Source: an uncultured Actinomycetota bacterium (GTDB lineage: Bacteria > Actinomycetota > Actinomycetes > JACCUZ01). Taken from it: a stretch of DNA of 64,000 nt. Both the position numbers and the translations under genes were made by a program. Where the stretch lies: positions 98,179 to 162,178 of the forward strand of contig OY970120.1 in NCBI GenBank assembly GCA_963705885.1, read 5' to 3'. A model generated the notes under the pieces. It did not search any database, was not told the origin of the DNA, and worked only from the letters and a program-made list of their open reading frames with translations. Below are positions 25,790 to 34,308 of the stretch, one piece after another. The stretch's first letter is position 1. Each line of letters starts with the position of its first letter.

Positions 25790-26338
25790 ATGTCTCTGTC
25801 GACGATCGAGACCCTCGAGGACGCCGTCGCGATGGGCCGGAGCCTGCCGCTGACCGTCCTGCCCGCGCCGCACGGCCCTGACCGCGCCATGGCCGGCGGC
25901 ATCGGCGTCGCGTTCCGCTTCGAGAGCGAGCACACCGGAGGCGCGCTGTCCGTCGTGGAGCACCCGTTCGCCCCGAGGACGCTCGTGCCCCCGCACGTCC
26001 ACACCCGCGAGGACGAGTTCTCCATCGTCACGGCCGGCGCCATCGGCTTCCGGTCCGGCTCGGACGAGGTCGTCCTGGAAGCCGGCGGCTACATCGCCAA
26101 GCCGCGCGGCGAGCTGCACACGATGTGGAACCCGACCGACGAGGAGGCCCGGATGATCGAGGTCATCTCCCCGGGCGGCTTCGAGGGCTTCTTCCACGAC
26201 CTGGCCGACCTCGTCGCGTCGGGCCGCTTCGACCCCGCCGCGATGGAGCCGCTCGCCTCCGCGTACGGCCTGTTCTTCGACATGGCCTGGGTGCCGGAGC
26301 TCGTCGAGCGCTACGGGCTCAACGCCCCGACGGAGTGA
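25790..26338 (+). CDS. cupin-domain protein
   Basis: Cupin motifs (PHVHTREDEFSIV ... GELHTMWNP); GAGGAG RBS before ATG 25790. Confidence 0.7.
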   Translation: MSLSTIETLEDAVAMGRSLPLTVLPAPHGPDRAMAGGIGVAFRFESEHTGGALSVVEHPFAPRTLVPPHVHTREDEFSIVTAGAIGFRSGSDEVVLEAGGYIAKPRGELHTMWNPTDEEARMIEVISPGGFEGFFHDLADLVASGRFDPAAMEPLASAYGLFFDMAWVPELVERYGLNAPTE

Positions 26339-26354
26339 CACCTGGCTGCGGGGC

Positions 26355-26660
26355 TCAGCGTTCGCCGTCCCGCAGCCCCTCCCGGACGTACTGCCGGGTC
26401 TTGCGCTCCACGAGGTGGCGGCCGTCGACCAGGTAGGCGAGACCGTGGAACGCCAACGCCAGGCCCCACGCGCCGGTGACCCAGAACGCCCAGTCGACGC
26501 CGCCCCCGCCGACGACGTCGAGAGCCCAGAGGAACGTGTTGATGATGACGAACGTGCCGACGTGCCAGACCAGACCGGCCAGGTACTCGGCTCGTTCCCG
26601 GGCCCACCGCTCGGTCTCGGCCGCGGTGGTCTCCGGCGTGGGGGTCTCGGTTCCCGCCAT
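26355..26660 (-). CDS. 2TM-domain membrane protein
   Basis: About 100 aa with two TM helices and a conserved W/F-rich pattern (LVWHVGTFVIINTFLWALD...WAFWVTGAWGLALAFHG). Confidence 0.55.
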   Translation of the reverse strand: MAGTETPTPETTAAETERWARERAEYLAGLVWHVGTFVIINTFLWALDVVGGGGVDWAFWVTGAWGLALAFHGLAYLVDGRHLVERKTRQYVREGLRDGER

Positions 26661-26798
26661 GGCTCCTCCCCGGTCGACCTGAGGCGATCGTCCACCCGAG
26701 GCAATGTGCACCGGCAGGGCTCTCGGTCCCGTCCCCACGGGCCGAGGGTCACAGGCCGCGCAGGGCCGGACGCGACGGCCGGCGGGCCGGCGCCGGGC

Positions 26799-27995
26799 TC
26801 AGCGGCGCAGCGCGTACTCCTCGAGCAGGCGTCGGCCGATGATCATCTTCTGGATGTCGGAGGTCCCCTCGCCGATGAGCAGCATCGGCGCCTCGCGGTA
26901 GAGCCGCTCGATCTCGTACTCCTTGGAGTACCCGTAGCCGCCGTGGATGCGGAAGGAGTCCTCGACGACCTCCTTGCAGTACTCGCTCGCGAGGTACTTG
27001 GCCATCCCCGCCTCGACGTCGTTGCGCTCTCCCGCGTCCTTCTTGCGCGCGGCCATGACCATCATCGAGTGCGCGGCCTCGACCTTGGTCGCCATCTCGG
27101 CCAGACGGAACATGACGGCCTGGTGCTGGGCGATCGGCTTGCCGAAGGTCTCGCGCTGCTGGGCGTAGGCGATGCCGAGCTCGAACGCGCGCTGGGCGAC
27201 GCCGCAGCCGCGGGCGGCGACGTTGACGCGACCGACCTCGACCCCGTCCATCATCTGGTAGAAGCCCTTGCCGGTCTCGCCGCCGAGGACCCTCGTGGCC
27301 GGCACCCGGAGGCCGTCGAAGACCGCCTCGGTCGAGTCGACGCCCTTGTAGCCCATCTTCTCGATCTTCCCCGGGATCGTGAGGCCGGGCGCGACCTCGC
27401 CGAAGCCCGGCTCCTTCTCCACGAGGAACGTCGTCATGTTGCGGTAGGGGGTGTCGGCACCCTCGTCGGTCTTCACGAGGACGGCGAGCAGGTTCGACGA
27501 CCCGCCGTTCGTGATCCACATCTTCTGTCCGGTCAGCACGAAGTCGTCACCGTCGCGCACGGCCCTTGTCGTGATGGCCGCGACGTCCGAGCCGAGCCCC
27601 GGCTCGGACATGGAGAACGACCCGCGCACCTCGCCGGTGGCCATCCGTGGCAGCAGCGCCTGCTTCTGCTCGTCGGTCCCGTGCTGCTGGAGCAGGTAGG
27701 CGACGATGAAGTGCGTGTTGATGATGCCGCTCACGCTCATCCAGCCGCGGGCGATCTCCTCGACGACCAGGGCGTACGTCAGCAGGGACTCGCCCAGCCC
27801 GCCGTGCTCCTCGGGGATCATCAGGCCGAACAGGCCCATCTCCCGCATGCCCTCGACGATGTCGGTGGGGTACTCGTCGTCGCGCTCGAGCGCGGCGACG
27901 TGCGGGAGGATCTCCTTGTCCACGAAGCCGCGCACCGTCGACACGATCTCGGTCTGGATGTCGGTCAGACCTTCGGTCTGTGCGAGACGGCCCAC
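26799..27995 (-). CDS. acyl-CoA dehydrogenase
   Basis: ACAD motifs throughout, catalytic Glu region (YREAPMLLIGEGTSDIQ); GAGGAG RBS 6 nt before GTG 27995; the longer track ORF start rejected (no start codon at the expected N-terminus). Confidence 0.9.
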   Translation of the reverse strand: MGRLAQTEGLTDIQTEIVSTVRGFVDKEILPHVAALERDDEYPTDIVEGMREMGLFGLMIPEEHGGLGESLLTYALVVEEIARGWMSVSGIINTHFIVAYLLQQHGTDEQKQALLPRMATGEVRGSFSMSEPGLGSDVAAITTRAVRDGDDFVLTGQKMWITNGGSSNLLAVLVKTDEGADTPYRNMTTFLVEKEPGFGEVAPGLTIPGKIEKMGYKGVDSTEAVFDGLRVPATRVLGGETGKGFYQMMDGVEVGRVNVAARGCGVAQRAFELGIAYAQQRETFGKPIAQHQAVMFRLAEMATKVEAAHSMMVMAARKKDAGERNDVEAGMAKYLASEYCKEVVEDSFRIHGGYGYSKEYEIERLYREAPMLLIGEGTSDIQKMIIGRRLLEEYALRR

Positions 27996-28044
27996 CAGGA
28001 ACTCCTCGTTGCGGCAACCCTGACGTGTTACCGGTGAGTATGTC

Positions 28045-29010
28045 TCAGCGCCCGGACACGGCGAGTGCGAGGTCCACGAAGCTGCTGTGCGGCCGGAACC
28101 CGAGCCGGTCGTTGGCGGCGAGGATGGGCGCGTTGCCCTCCATGTTCTGGGTGTAGAGCCGTCGGTGGCCGCGCTCACGCATCAGCAGCGCGTGCTGCGC
28201 CTTGAGGGCGACGGAGAGTCCGCGGCCCCGCACCTCCCGCCGGACGCCCGTGAACCACGTGTTCAGCGCGTCGTCCTTGGCGCGGTCGATCACTGCCGTG
28301 AACCCCATCGGCTCGTCGCCGCGCCAGGCGACGAGCACGTACGACGGGTCGGGGAAGAAGCCTCGGAACACGGGGTACGGCATGACGTCGGTGGAGCCCT
28401 TGCCGTCCGGCGCGTCGCGCCAGAGGAGCATCGCCAGGTCGTAGATGCGCCGCCACATCGTCTCGTCCGTGCCCCCCTGCAGATGCGACAGCCGGTAGCC
28501 CTGTTCCGTCGCGCGTCTGACGGGGGCCGCGGACGTCTCGGTGTCGAGGGCGTCGAGGTCCAGCACCGACTCGCGGTGGCGGCCGACGACCTCGAAGCCC
28601 CAGTGCTCCGCCACGGCCAGGCTCTCGGCGTCACCCGCGGGGGCCCCGACCATGATGCCGGGCAGGCCGTACGCCAGGGTCGCGTCGGTCAGCGCGCCGA
28701 CGAGTGCCCGCCCCACGCCCCGGCGCCGGCCGCGCGGGAGGACGTAGAGGTCGCCCATCGCGTAGCCGCCGGCCTGGACACCCCGGCCCAGCACGAACGC
28801 GTAGCCGACCGGCTGGTCGTCGACCTCGCCGAGCATGATGAGCCACGGGTCATCGGGCGGGCTCGACCTGACCCGGTCGGCCAGGAAGTGCTGGCCCCAC
28901 CACATCTCGTTGCCCACGTTCACGGCGTCGAGGTCGTCGTCGAGGCCTCCCAGCCGGACGGTGACGTCGCCCCGCTGACGCGGAAGGTCGATCACCGGTT
29001 CCGCCCCCAT
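28045..29010 (-). CDS. tandem-GNAT N-acetyltransferase (MshD-like architecture)
   Basis: 321 aa with two acetyl-CoA-binding motifs (RGRRRGVGRALV ... VRGRGLSVALKAQ). Confidence 0.6.
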   Translation of the reverse strand: MGAEPVIDLPRQRGDVTVRLGGLDDDLDAVNVGNEMWWGQHFLADRVRSSPPDDPWLIMLGEVDDQPVGYAFVLGRGVQAGGYAMGDLYVLPRGRRRGVGRALVGALTDATLAYGLPGIMVGAPAGDAESLAVAEHWGFEVVGRHRESVLDLDALDTETSAAPVRRATEQGYRLSHLQGGTDETMWRRIYDLAMLLWRDAPDGKGSTDVMPYPVFRGFFPDPSYVLVAWRGDEPMGFTAVIDRAKDDALNTWFTGVRREVRGRGLSVALKAQHALLMRERGHRRLYTQNMEGNAPILAANDRLGFRPHSSFVDLALAVSGR

Positions 29011-29048
29011 GTCCCAAGCATGGTGCACAGCCGGGCGAAGGGGAACCG

Positions 29049-30044
29049 TCAGGCCGTGGGGGGCTCGAACGTCGACGTCCGTGCCATCCCGGCCGCGCGG
29101 CCCTTGGCCGCGACGACCAGGGCCATCTTGCGCGACGCCTCGTCGATCATCTCGTCGCCGAGCATCACCGCTCCGCGCATGCCGCCGGCCTCGGACGTGT
29201 AGTGCTCGTAGGCGTCGAGGATGAGCTCCGCGTGGTCGTAGTCGTCCTGCGAGGGCGAGTAGACCTCGTTGGCGGCGTCGATCTGCCCGGGGTGCAGCAC
29301 CCACTTGCCGTCGAAGCCCAGCGCGGCCGAGCGGCCCGCGACCCGGCGGAAGCCGTCCACGTCCTTGATCTGCAGGTAGGGCCCGTCGATCGCCTGCAGG
29401 TCGTAGGTGCGCGCCGCCATGAGGATGCGCATGAGGATGTAGTGGTAGGCGTCACCCACGTCGTAGCCGGGCGGTTGCTCACCGACGACGAGCGACTTCA
29501 TGTTGATGGAGGCCATGAAGTCGGCCGGGCCGAAGATGATCGTCTCCACCCGCGGCGAGGCGCCGGCGATGGCGTCGACCTCGACGAGGCCCTTGGCGTT
29601 CTCGATCTGCGCCTCGATGCCGATGCGGCCGACCTCGAGCCCGAGGGTCTTCTCGAGCTGCGTGAGCAGCAGGTCCAGGGCCTCGACCTGCGACGCGGTC
29701 TGCACCTTGGGCAGCATCACGGCGTCGAGGGCGGAGCCGGCGCCCTCGACGACCGCGATCACGTCGCCGTACGTCCACTGCGTCGTCCAGTCGTTGACCC
29801 GCACGACCCGGGTCTTGCCGGCCCAGTCGCCCTCTGTCAGCGCCGACACGATGCTGGCCCTCGCGTCCACCTTGGCCAGCGGCGACACCGAGTCCTCGAG
29901 GTCGAGGAAGACCTGGTCGGCCGGGAGCCCCTGGGCCTTGCCGAGCATCTTCGGGCTGCTGCCCGGCACCGCGAGGCAGGAGCGCCGAGGGCGCAGGGCG
30001 GGCGTCGCGGAGGTCGTCGAGGCGCTGTCCGTCATGGCGGGCAA
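29049..30044 (-). CDS. HpcH/HpaI-family CitE-like (citryl-/malyl-/hydroxyacyl-CoA) lyase
   Basis: CitE beta-subunit signatures (VFLDLEDSV, MLPKVQTASQ, FGPADF). Confidence 0.85.
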   Translation of the reverse strand: MPAMTDSASTTSATPALRPRRSCLAVPGSSPKMLGKAQGLPADQVFLDLEDSVSPLAKVDARASIVSALTEGDWAGKTRVVRVNDWTTQWTYGDVIAVVEGAGSALDAVMLPKVQTASQVEALDLLLTQLEKTLGLEVGRIGIEAQIENAKGLVEVDAIAGASPRVETIIFGPADFMASINMKSLVVGEQPPGYDVGDAYHYILMRILMAARTYDLQAIDGPYLQIKDVDGFRRVAGRSAALGFDGKWVLHPGQIDAANEVYSPSQDDYDHAELILDAYEHYTSEAGGMRGAVMLGDEMIDEASRKMALVVAAKGRAAGMARTSTFEPPTA

Positions 30045-30116
30045 GGCTAGCGACGCGCCGGGCGGACCCGACCGCCGGACCGATGGGCCGGGCTCGGTGC
30101 CACCTATCCTGCGGCC

Positions 30117-30656
30117 GTGGACGATGCGCTGGAGCTGCGGCCGGCGACCCCCGACGACGCACCAGCCGTCCAGGCCATCTATGCCCGCGTGGTCACCGAC
30201 TCGGTCACGTCGTTCGAAGAGTCGCCGCCCGCCGCCGACGAGATCGCGCGGCGCATGCTCGCCCGGCCGCGGCTGCCGTGGCTAGCCGCCGTCCGCCAGG
30301 GCGGCCTCGTCGGCTACGCCTACGCATCGGCCCATCGCGCCCGACCCGCCTACCGGTGGTCGGTCGAGACCTCGGTCTACGTGGACGAGCCGGAGCGCGG
30401 CCGTGGCACCGGCCGCGCCCTCTACGTCCTTCTCCTCGACGAGCTGCGCAGGCTCGGCTACGCCACGGCGTTCGCGGGCGTCGCCCTGCCCAACGACCCC
30501 AGCGTCGGCCTGCACGAGGCCGTGGGGTTCGAGCCGATCGGGGTCTTCCGGCAGGTCGGCCACAAGCACGGCGCGTGGCACGACGTCGGCTGGTGGCAGC
30601 TGGCGCTCACCACCGCACCCGAGGATCCCGCCGAGCCCCGGCCCTGGTCATCCTGA
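30117..30656 (+). CDS. GNAT-family N-acetyltransferase (phosphinothricin acetyltransferase-like)
   Basis: PAT-like motifs (RGRGTGRALY; YATAFAGVALPNDPSVGLHEAVGF). Confidence 0.8.
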   Translation: MDDALELRPATPDDAPAVQAIYARVVTDSVTSFEESPPAADEIARRMLARPRLPWLAAVRQGGLVGYAYASAHRARPAYRWSVETSVYVDEPERGRGTGRALYVLLLDELRRLGYATAFAGVALPNDPSVGLHEAVGFEPIGVFRQVGHKHGAWHDVGWWQLALTTAPEDPAEPRPWSS

Positions 30657-30940
30657 TGACGACGCCGGCCCCCTGGCCATGGCCAAGGACCCGGCCGGGC
30701 CGTCAGCCGGCGATCAGCCGCGCCTGAAGAGCCGTCCGAGCCACCCGCCGGTGGTGCCCGCCTGCTTCGGGTGCCCGGGACACCGCTGGCTCTCGGGGAC
30801 GCCTGCCAGCACCTCATCCACGTGCTGGCCGCACCCGGCCCAGCCGGCCTTGCCGCAGGTGCGGCACGTGACTGCTCGGCACACGATGTCTCCTCTCTGC
30901 TCGTCACAGGATGCCCCCTCAGCGCTGACACATGCCCAGG

Positions 30941-31873
30941 TCACTCCGACGGGATGGCGGGCGTGATGTCGGGCGGTCGCTCGTACACGGTGATGCCCAG
31001 CCCGAGCAGCAGGAGCAGTGCCGCGGGGAGCGCGGCCAGCGGCGGCACCTGCCCGAGCGCGGCGGCGGCGATCGCCGCCGCCCCGGGGATCTCGAGGAGC
31101 AGGGCGAGAGACACGACGGTGGGGCTGGTCGTGCGCAGCACGAGGTTGAAGACCGAGTGCCCGAGCAGCTGCGCGCCGGCCGTGAGCGCCAGCAGCTGGA
31201 GCCACGTCCGTCCGTCGTAGCCCCAGAGGTCCACCCCGCCGACGAGGCAGGCGACGAGGAGGGTCACGGCGGCCGTCGAGTAGCAGACCGTGGTGTACGA
31301 CGTGGTGCTGACCGTCCGGCGTACCTCCGCCCCGGCCACGGTGTAGAACGCGGCGAACACTCCCCCGAGCAGGGCCAGCAGGTCGCCGACCAGGGCCTTC
31401 GGCTCCAGCGAGAAGTCCACTCCGGTCAGCACGACGACCGCCACGAGCGAGAGCGCGATGCCGACCCAGGCCCGCCGCGGGACGTCGTGGCCGGTCGCCC
31501 GGGCGATGAGCGCGACCCACACCGGCTGGGTCGCGACGATCGCCGTGGCCGAGGCCACCGAGGTGTAGCGCAGGCTGGGCACCCAGGTCGCGAAGTGCGC
31601 CGCGAGCAGGACACCGGCGGTGAGCGCCCACCGCCACTCGCGCGCGGTCAGGCCGCGCAGCTCCCGCCGGCGCGTGGCCGCGGCGAAGGGGGCGATGGCC
31701 GCGACGCCCAGGACGTTGCGCCACAGGGCGACGGCCAGTGCCGGGGCCGCGATCGCCGCCATGAGCGGACCGGAGGTCGACACGGCGACGACGCCGACGG
31801 TCATGAGGAGGGCGTCGGTGCGGGGCGGCCGGGCGACGACGCCCGGCCGAGCGTTGACCCCCTCGGACACCAC
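30941..31873 (-). CDS. DMT/EamA-family transporter
   Basis: 10 TM helices in two EamA repeats; start uncertain (GTG 31873, or ATG 31804). Confidence 0.7.
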   Translation of the reverse strand: MVSEGVNARPGVVARPPRTDALLMTVGVVAVSTSGPLMAAIAAPALAVALWRNVLGVAAIAPFAAATRRRELRGLTAREWRWALTAGVLLAAHFATWVPSLRYTSVASATAIVATQPVWVALIARATGHDVPRRAWVGIALSLVAVVVLTGVDFSLEPKALVGDLLALLGGVFAAFYTVAGAEVRRTVSTTSYTTVCYSTAAVTLLVACLVGGVDLWGYDGRTWLQLLALTAGAQLLGHSVFNLVLRTTSPTVVSLALLLEIPGAAAIAAAALGQVPPLAALPAALLLLLGLGITVYERPPDITPAIPSE

Positions 31874-31918
31874 CCGCGCATTCTCCCCGCCGGACCGAGG
31901 CGCCCCTGTGGCACCCTC

Positions 31919-32449
31919 GTGGTCGTGACCGGCGACCGAGACTCGGCTCTGGCCCGGGCCCTGGTCGAGGAGGCCTGCCGCAAGTCGTCCCTCGTGTGGC
32001 TGAGACCCGCCGCCGCCGACCGTGCCGTCGCCGCCTGGCACGTGTTCACCGACGGCGCGGTGCACGTGGTGGGAGGTGGCATCGAGCAGGACCTGCCCGA
32101 GGTCGCCGACGGCGACGAGGTCGAGGTCACCGTCCGCAGCAAGGACACCGGTGGCCGCCTGCTCTGCTTCGCCGCCACGGTTACGGTCGTCCGGCCCGAG
32201 GACCCCGCCTGGGCGGTGGTGGTGCCGGATCTGCACGCCAAGCGCCTCAACCCGCCGGACGGCGAGGCCCAGCCTGAGCGCTGGGCCCGCGAGTCGCGGG
32301 TGCTGCGGCTGGAGCCCACGGGCCGGGTGCCCGAGCGGCCGGGTCACCTCCCGCAGCGCTCGCACGCCGCCGAGCCACCGGGCTCGCCCGCGACGACGCG
32401 CGGCCCGCTCCCGTTCGTGATCGGCCGCCGGGCGACCCGTCGCCGCTAG
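31919..32449 (+). CDS. hypothetical protein
   Basis: 176-aa ORF starting after the convergent EamA gene; high GC3; no family assigned. Confidence 0.35.
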   Translation: MVVTGDRDSALARALVEEACRKSSLVWLRPAAADRAVAAWHVFTDGAVHVVGGGIEQDLPEVADGDEVEVTVRSKDTGGRLLCFAATVTVVRPEDPAWAVVVPDLHAKRLNPPDGEAQPERWARESRVLRLEPTGRVPERPGHLPQRSHAAEPPGSPATTRGPLPFVIGRRATRRR

Positions 32450-32460
32450 CCTGGCTTCTC

Positions 32461-33750
32461 GTGACTGGCGCACCGACGAGGGTCTTCATCGCGCGCCTGG
32501 CCGGCACCCCGCTCTTCGACCCGATGGGCGACCAGGTCGGCCGGGTGCGCGACGTCGTCGTCACCCTCAGGGTGGGGCGCGAGGAGCCACGCGTGCTCGG
32601 CCTGGTCGTCGAGGTGCCCGGACGCCGCCGCATCTTCGTCCCGATGACCCGCGTCACCTCGATCGACGTGGGCCAGGTCATCACGACCGGCCTGGTCAAC
32701 ATGCGGCGCTTCCAGCAGCGGGCCACCGAGACCCTCGTCCTCGGCGAGATGCTCGACCGCACCGTGACCCTCGTCGACGACGGAGCGCGTGTCCTGGTCG
32801 AGGACGTCGGCATGGAGCAGCAGCGCACCCGTGACTGGGCCGTCACCCGGGTGTTCGTGCGCCGGCCGGGGAAGGGTCTGCGCCGCCGCGGCGAGGCCCT
32901 CACGGTGGAGTGGCAGGACGTCACCGGCTTCTCCGTCGAGGAGGAGGGCCAGGGCGCCGCCAACCTGCTGGCGACCTTCGAGAAGCTCAACGTCGCGGAC
33001 CTGGCGACGGTGCTGCACGAGCTGTCCCCCAAGCGCCGGGTCGAGGTGGCGGCGGCGCTCGACGACGAGAAGCTCGCGGACGTCCTCGAGGAGCTGCCCG
33101 AGGACGACCAGGTCGAGATCCTCGGCAAGCTGGAGGAGGAGCGCGCCGCCGACGTCCTGGAGGCGATGCAGCCCGACGACGCCGCCGACCTGCTCTCCGA
33201 GCTGCCGACGGCCGACGCCGAGAAGCTGCTCAAGCTCATGGAGCCCGACGAGGCGGCCCCGCTGCGTCGCCTGCTCACCTACTCCGACGACACGGCCGGC
33301 GGCATGATGACCACCGAGCCGGTCGTGCTCCCGCCCGACGCCACCGTCGCCGAGGCCCTCGCCCGGGTGCGCCAGCCCGAGATCTCGCCCGCGCTCGCGG
33401 CCCAGGTCTACGTGTGCCGGCCGCCGATGGAGACCCCGACCGGCCGGTTCATCGGCACGGCGCACATCCAGCGGCTGCTGCGCGAGCCCCCGTCGGCACT
33501 GGTCAGCGGTGTCGTCGACAGCGGACTGGAGCCGGTGCGGCCCGACGTCGCGCTGGGAGCCCTGACGCACCACCTGGCCACGTACAACCTCGTGGCGGTG
33601 CCCGTCGTCGACGAGGACGACCACCTGCTCGGCGCGGTGACCGTCGACGACGTCCTCGACCACCTGCTCCCCGACGACTGGCGCGCCCGCGACCGGGCCC
33701 AGATCGCGGCCGTTCCCGAGGTGACCCAGGGGGTCGACCATGGCACGTGA
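32461..33750 (+). CDS. PRC-barrel + MgtE_N + tandem CBS domain protein lacking the MgtE membrane domain
   Basis: MgtE N-domain acidic helices (DLATVLHELSP, ADLLSELP, EKLLKLMEP) then CBS pair (AVPVVDEDDHLLGAVTVDDVLD); no hydrophobic helices; ends at 33750. Confidence 0.75.
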   Translation: MTGAPTRVFIARLAGTPLFDPMGDQVGRVRDVVVTLRVGREEPRVLGLVVEVPGRRRIFVPMTRVTSIDVGQVITTGLVNMRRFQQRATETLVLGEMLDRTVTLVDDGARVLVEDVGMEQQRTRDWAVTRVFVRRPGKGLRRRGEALTVEWQDVTGFSVEEEGQGAANLLATFEKLNVADLATVLHELSPKRRVEVAAALDDEKLADVLEELPEDDQVEILGKLEEERAADVLEAMQPDDAADLLSELPTADAEKLLKLMEPDEAAPLRRLLTYSDDTAGGMMTTEPVVLPPDATVAEALARVRQPEISPALAAQVYVCRPPMETPTGRFIGTAHIQRLLREPPSALVSGVVDSGLEPVRPDVALGALTHHLATYNLVAVPVVDEDDHLLGAVTVDDVLDHLLPDDWRARDRAQIAAVPEVTQGVDHGT

Positions 33751-34276
33751 GCCGCGGCGGGGCGCTCGCCTCGACCAGCCGCGCGAGGTGCGGCGGACCC
33801 TCGTGCCGACGCCGACCTACGACCCCGATGCCTTCGGCCGGCTGAGCGAGCGCGTCGCACGGTTCATCGGCACGGGGCGGTTCCTCGTGTACATGACCGT
33901 GTTCGTCATCGTGTGGCTGATCTGGAACGTCATCGCCGAGATGCTGATCTTCGACGACTACCCGTTCGTGTTCCTCACGCTGATGCTGTCGCTGCAGGCG
34001 TCCTACGCCGCCCCGCTCATCCTGCTGGCGCAGAACAGGCAGACCGACCGCGACCGCGTGCAGTACGAGCAGGACCGGGCCCGGGCCGAGCGCAACATCG
34101 CCGACACCGACTACCTCACCCGGGAGCTGGCCTCGCTGCGGATGGCCGTCGGCGACGTCGCGACGCGTGACTTCCTGCGCTCGGAGCTGCGCCAGCTGCT
34201 CGACGACCTCGACGAACGACACGACGGGGCCGGCTCGGAGGGGTCCGACGCGTCGGCGGCGCGCGACCACCGCTGA
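33740..34276 (+). CDS. DUF1003-family membrane protein
   Basis: Two TM helices plus conserved LSLQASYAAPLILLAQNRQ; start overlaps the upstream gene by 11 nt. Confidence 0.7.
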   Translation: MAREPRRGARLDQPREVRRTLVPTPTYDPDAFGRLSERVARFIGTGRFLVYMTVFVIVWLIWNVIAEMLIFDDYPFVFLTLMLSLQASYAAPLILLAQNRQTDRDRVQYEQDRARAERNIADTDYLTRELASLRMAVGDVATRDFLRSELRQLLDDLDERHDGAGSEGSDASAARDHR

Positions 34277-34308
34277 AGTCGGAGGCCGGTGACGCCGACG
34301 TACCAGGG

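Noticed and set aside
30932-32449. 505-aa plus-strand ORF overlapping the EamA transporter gene
   Set aside because: Only its last ~176 codons, downstream of the transporter's end, were kept as a low-confidence hypothetical gene. The remainder is antisense to a clear 10-TM transporter.
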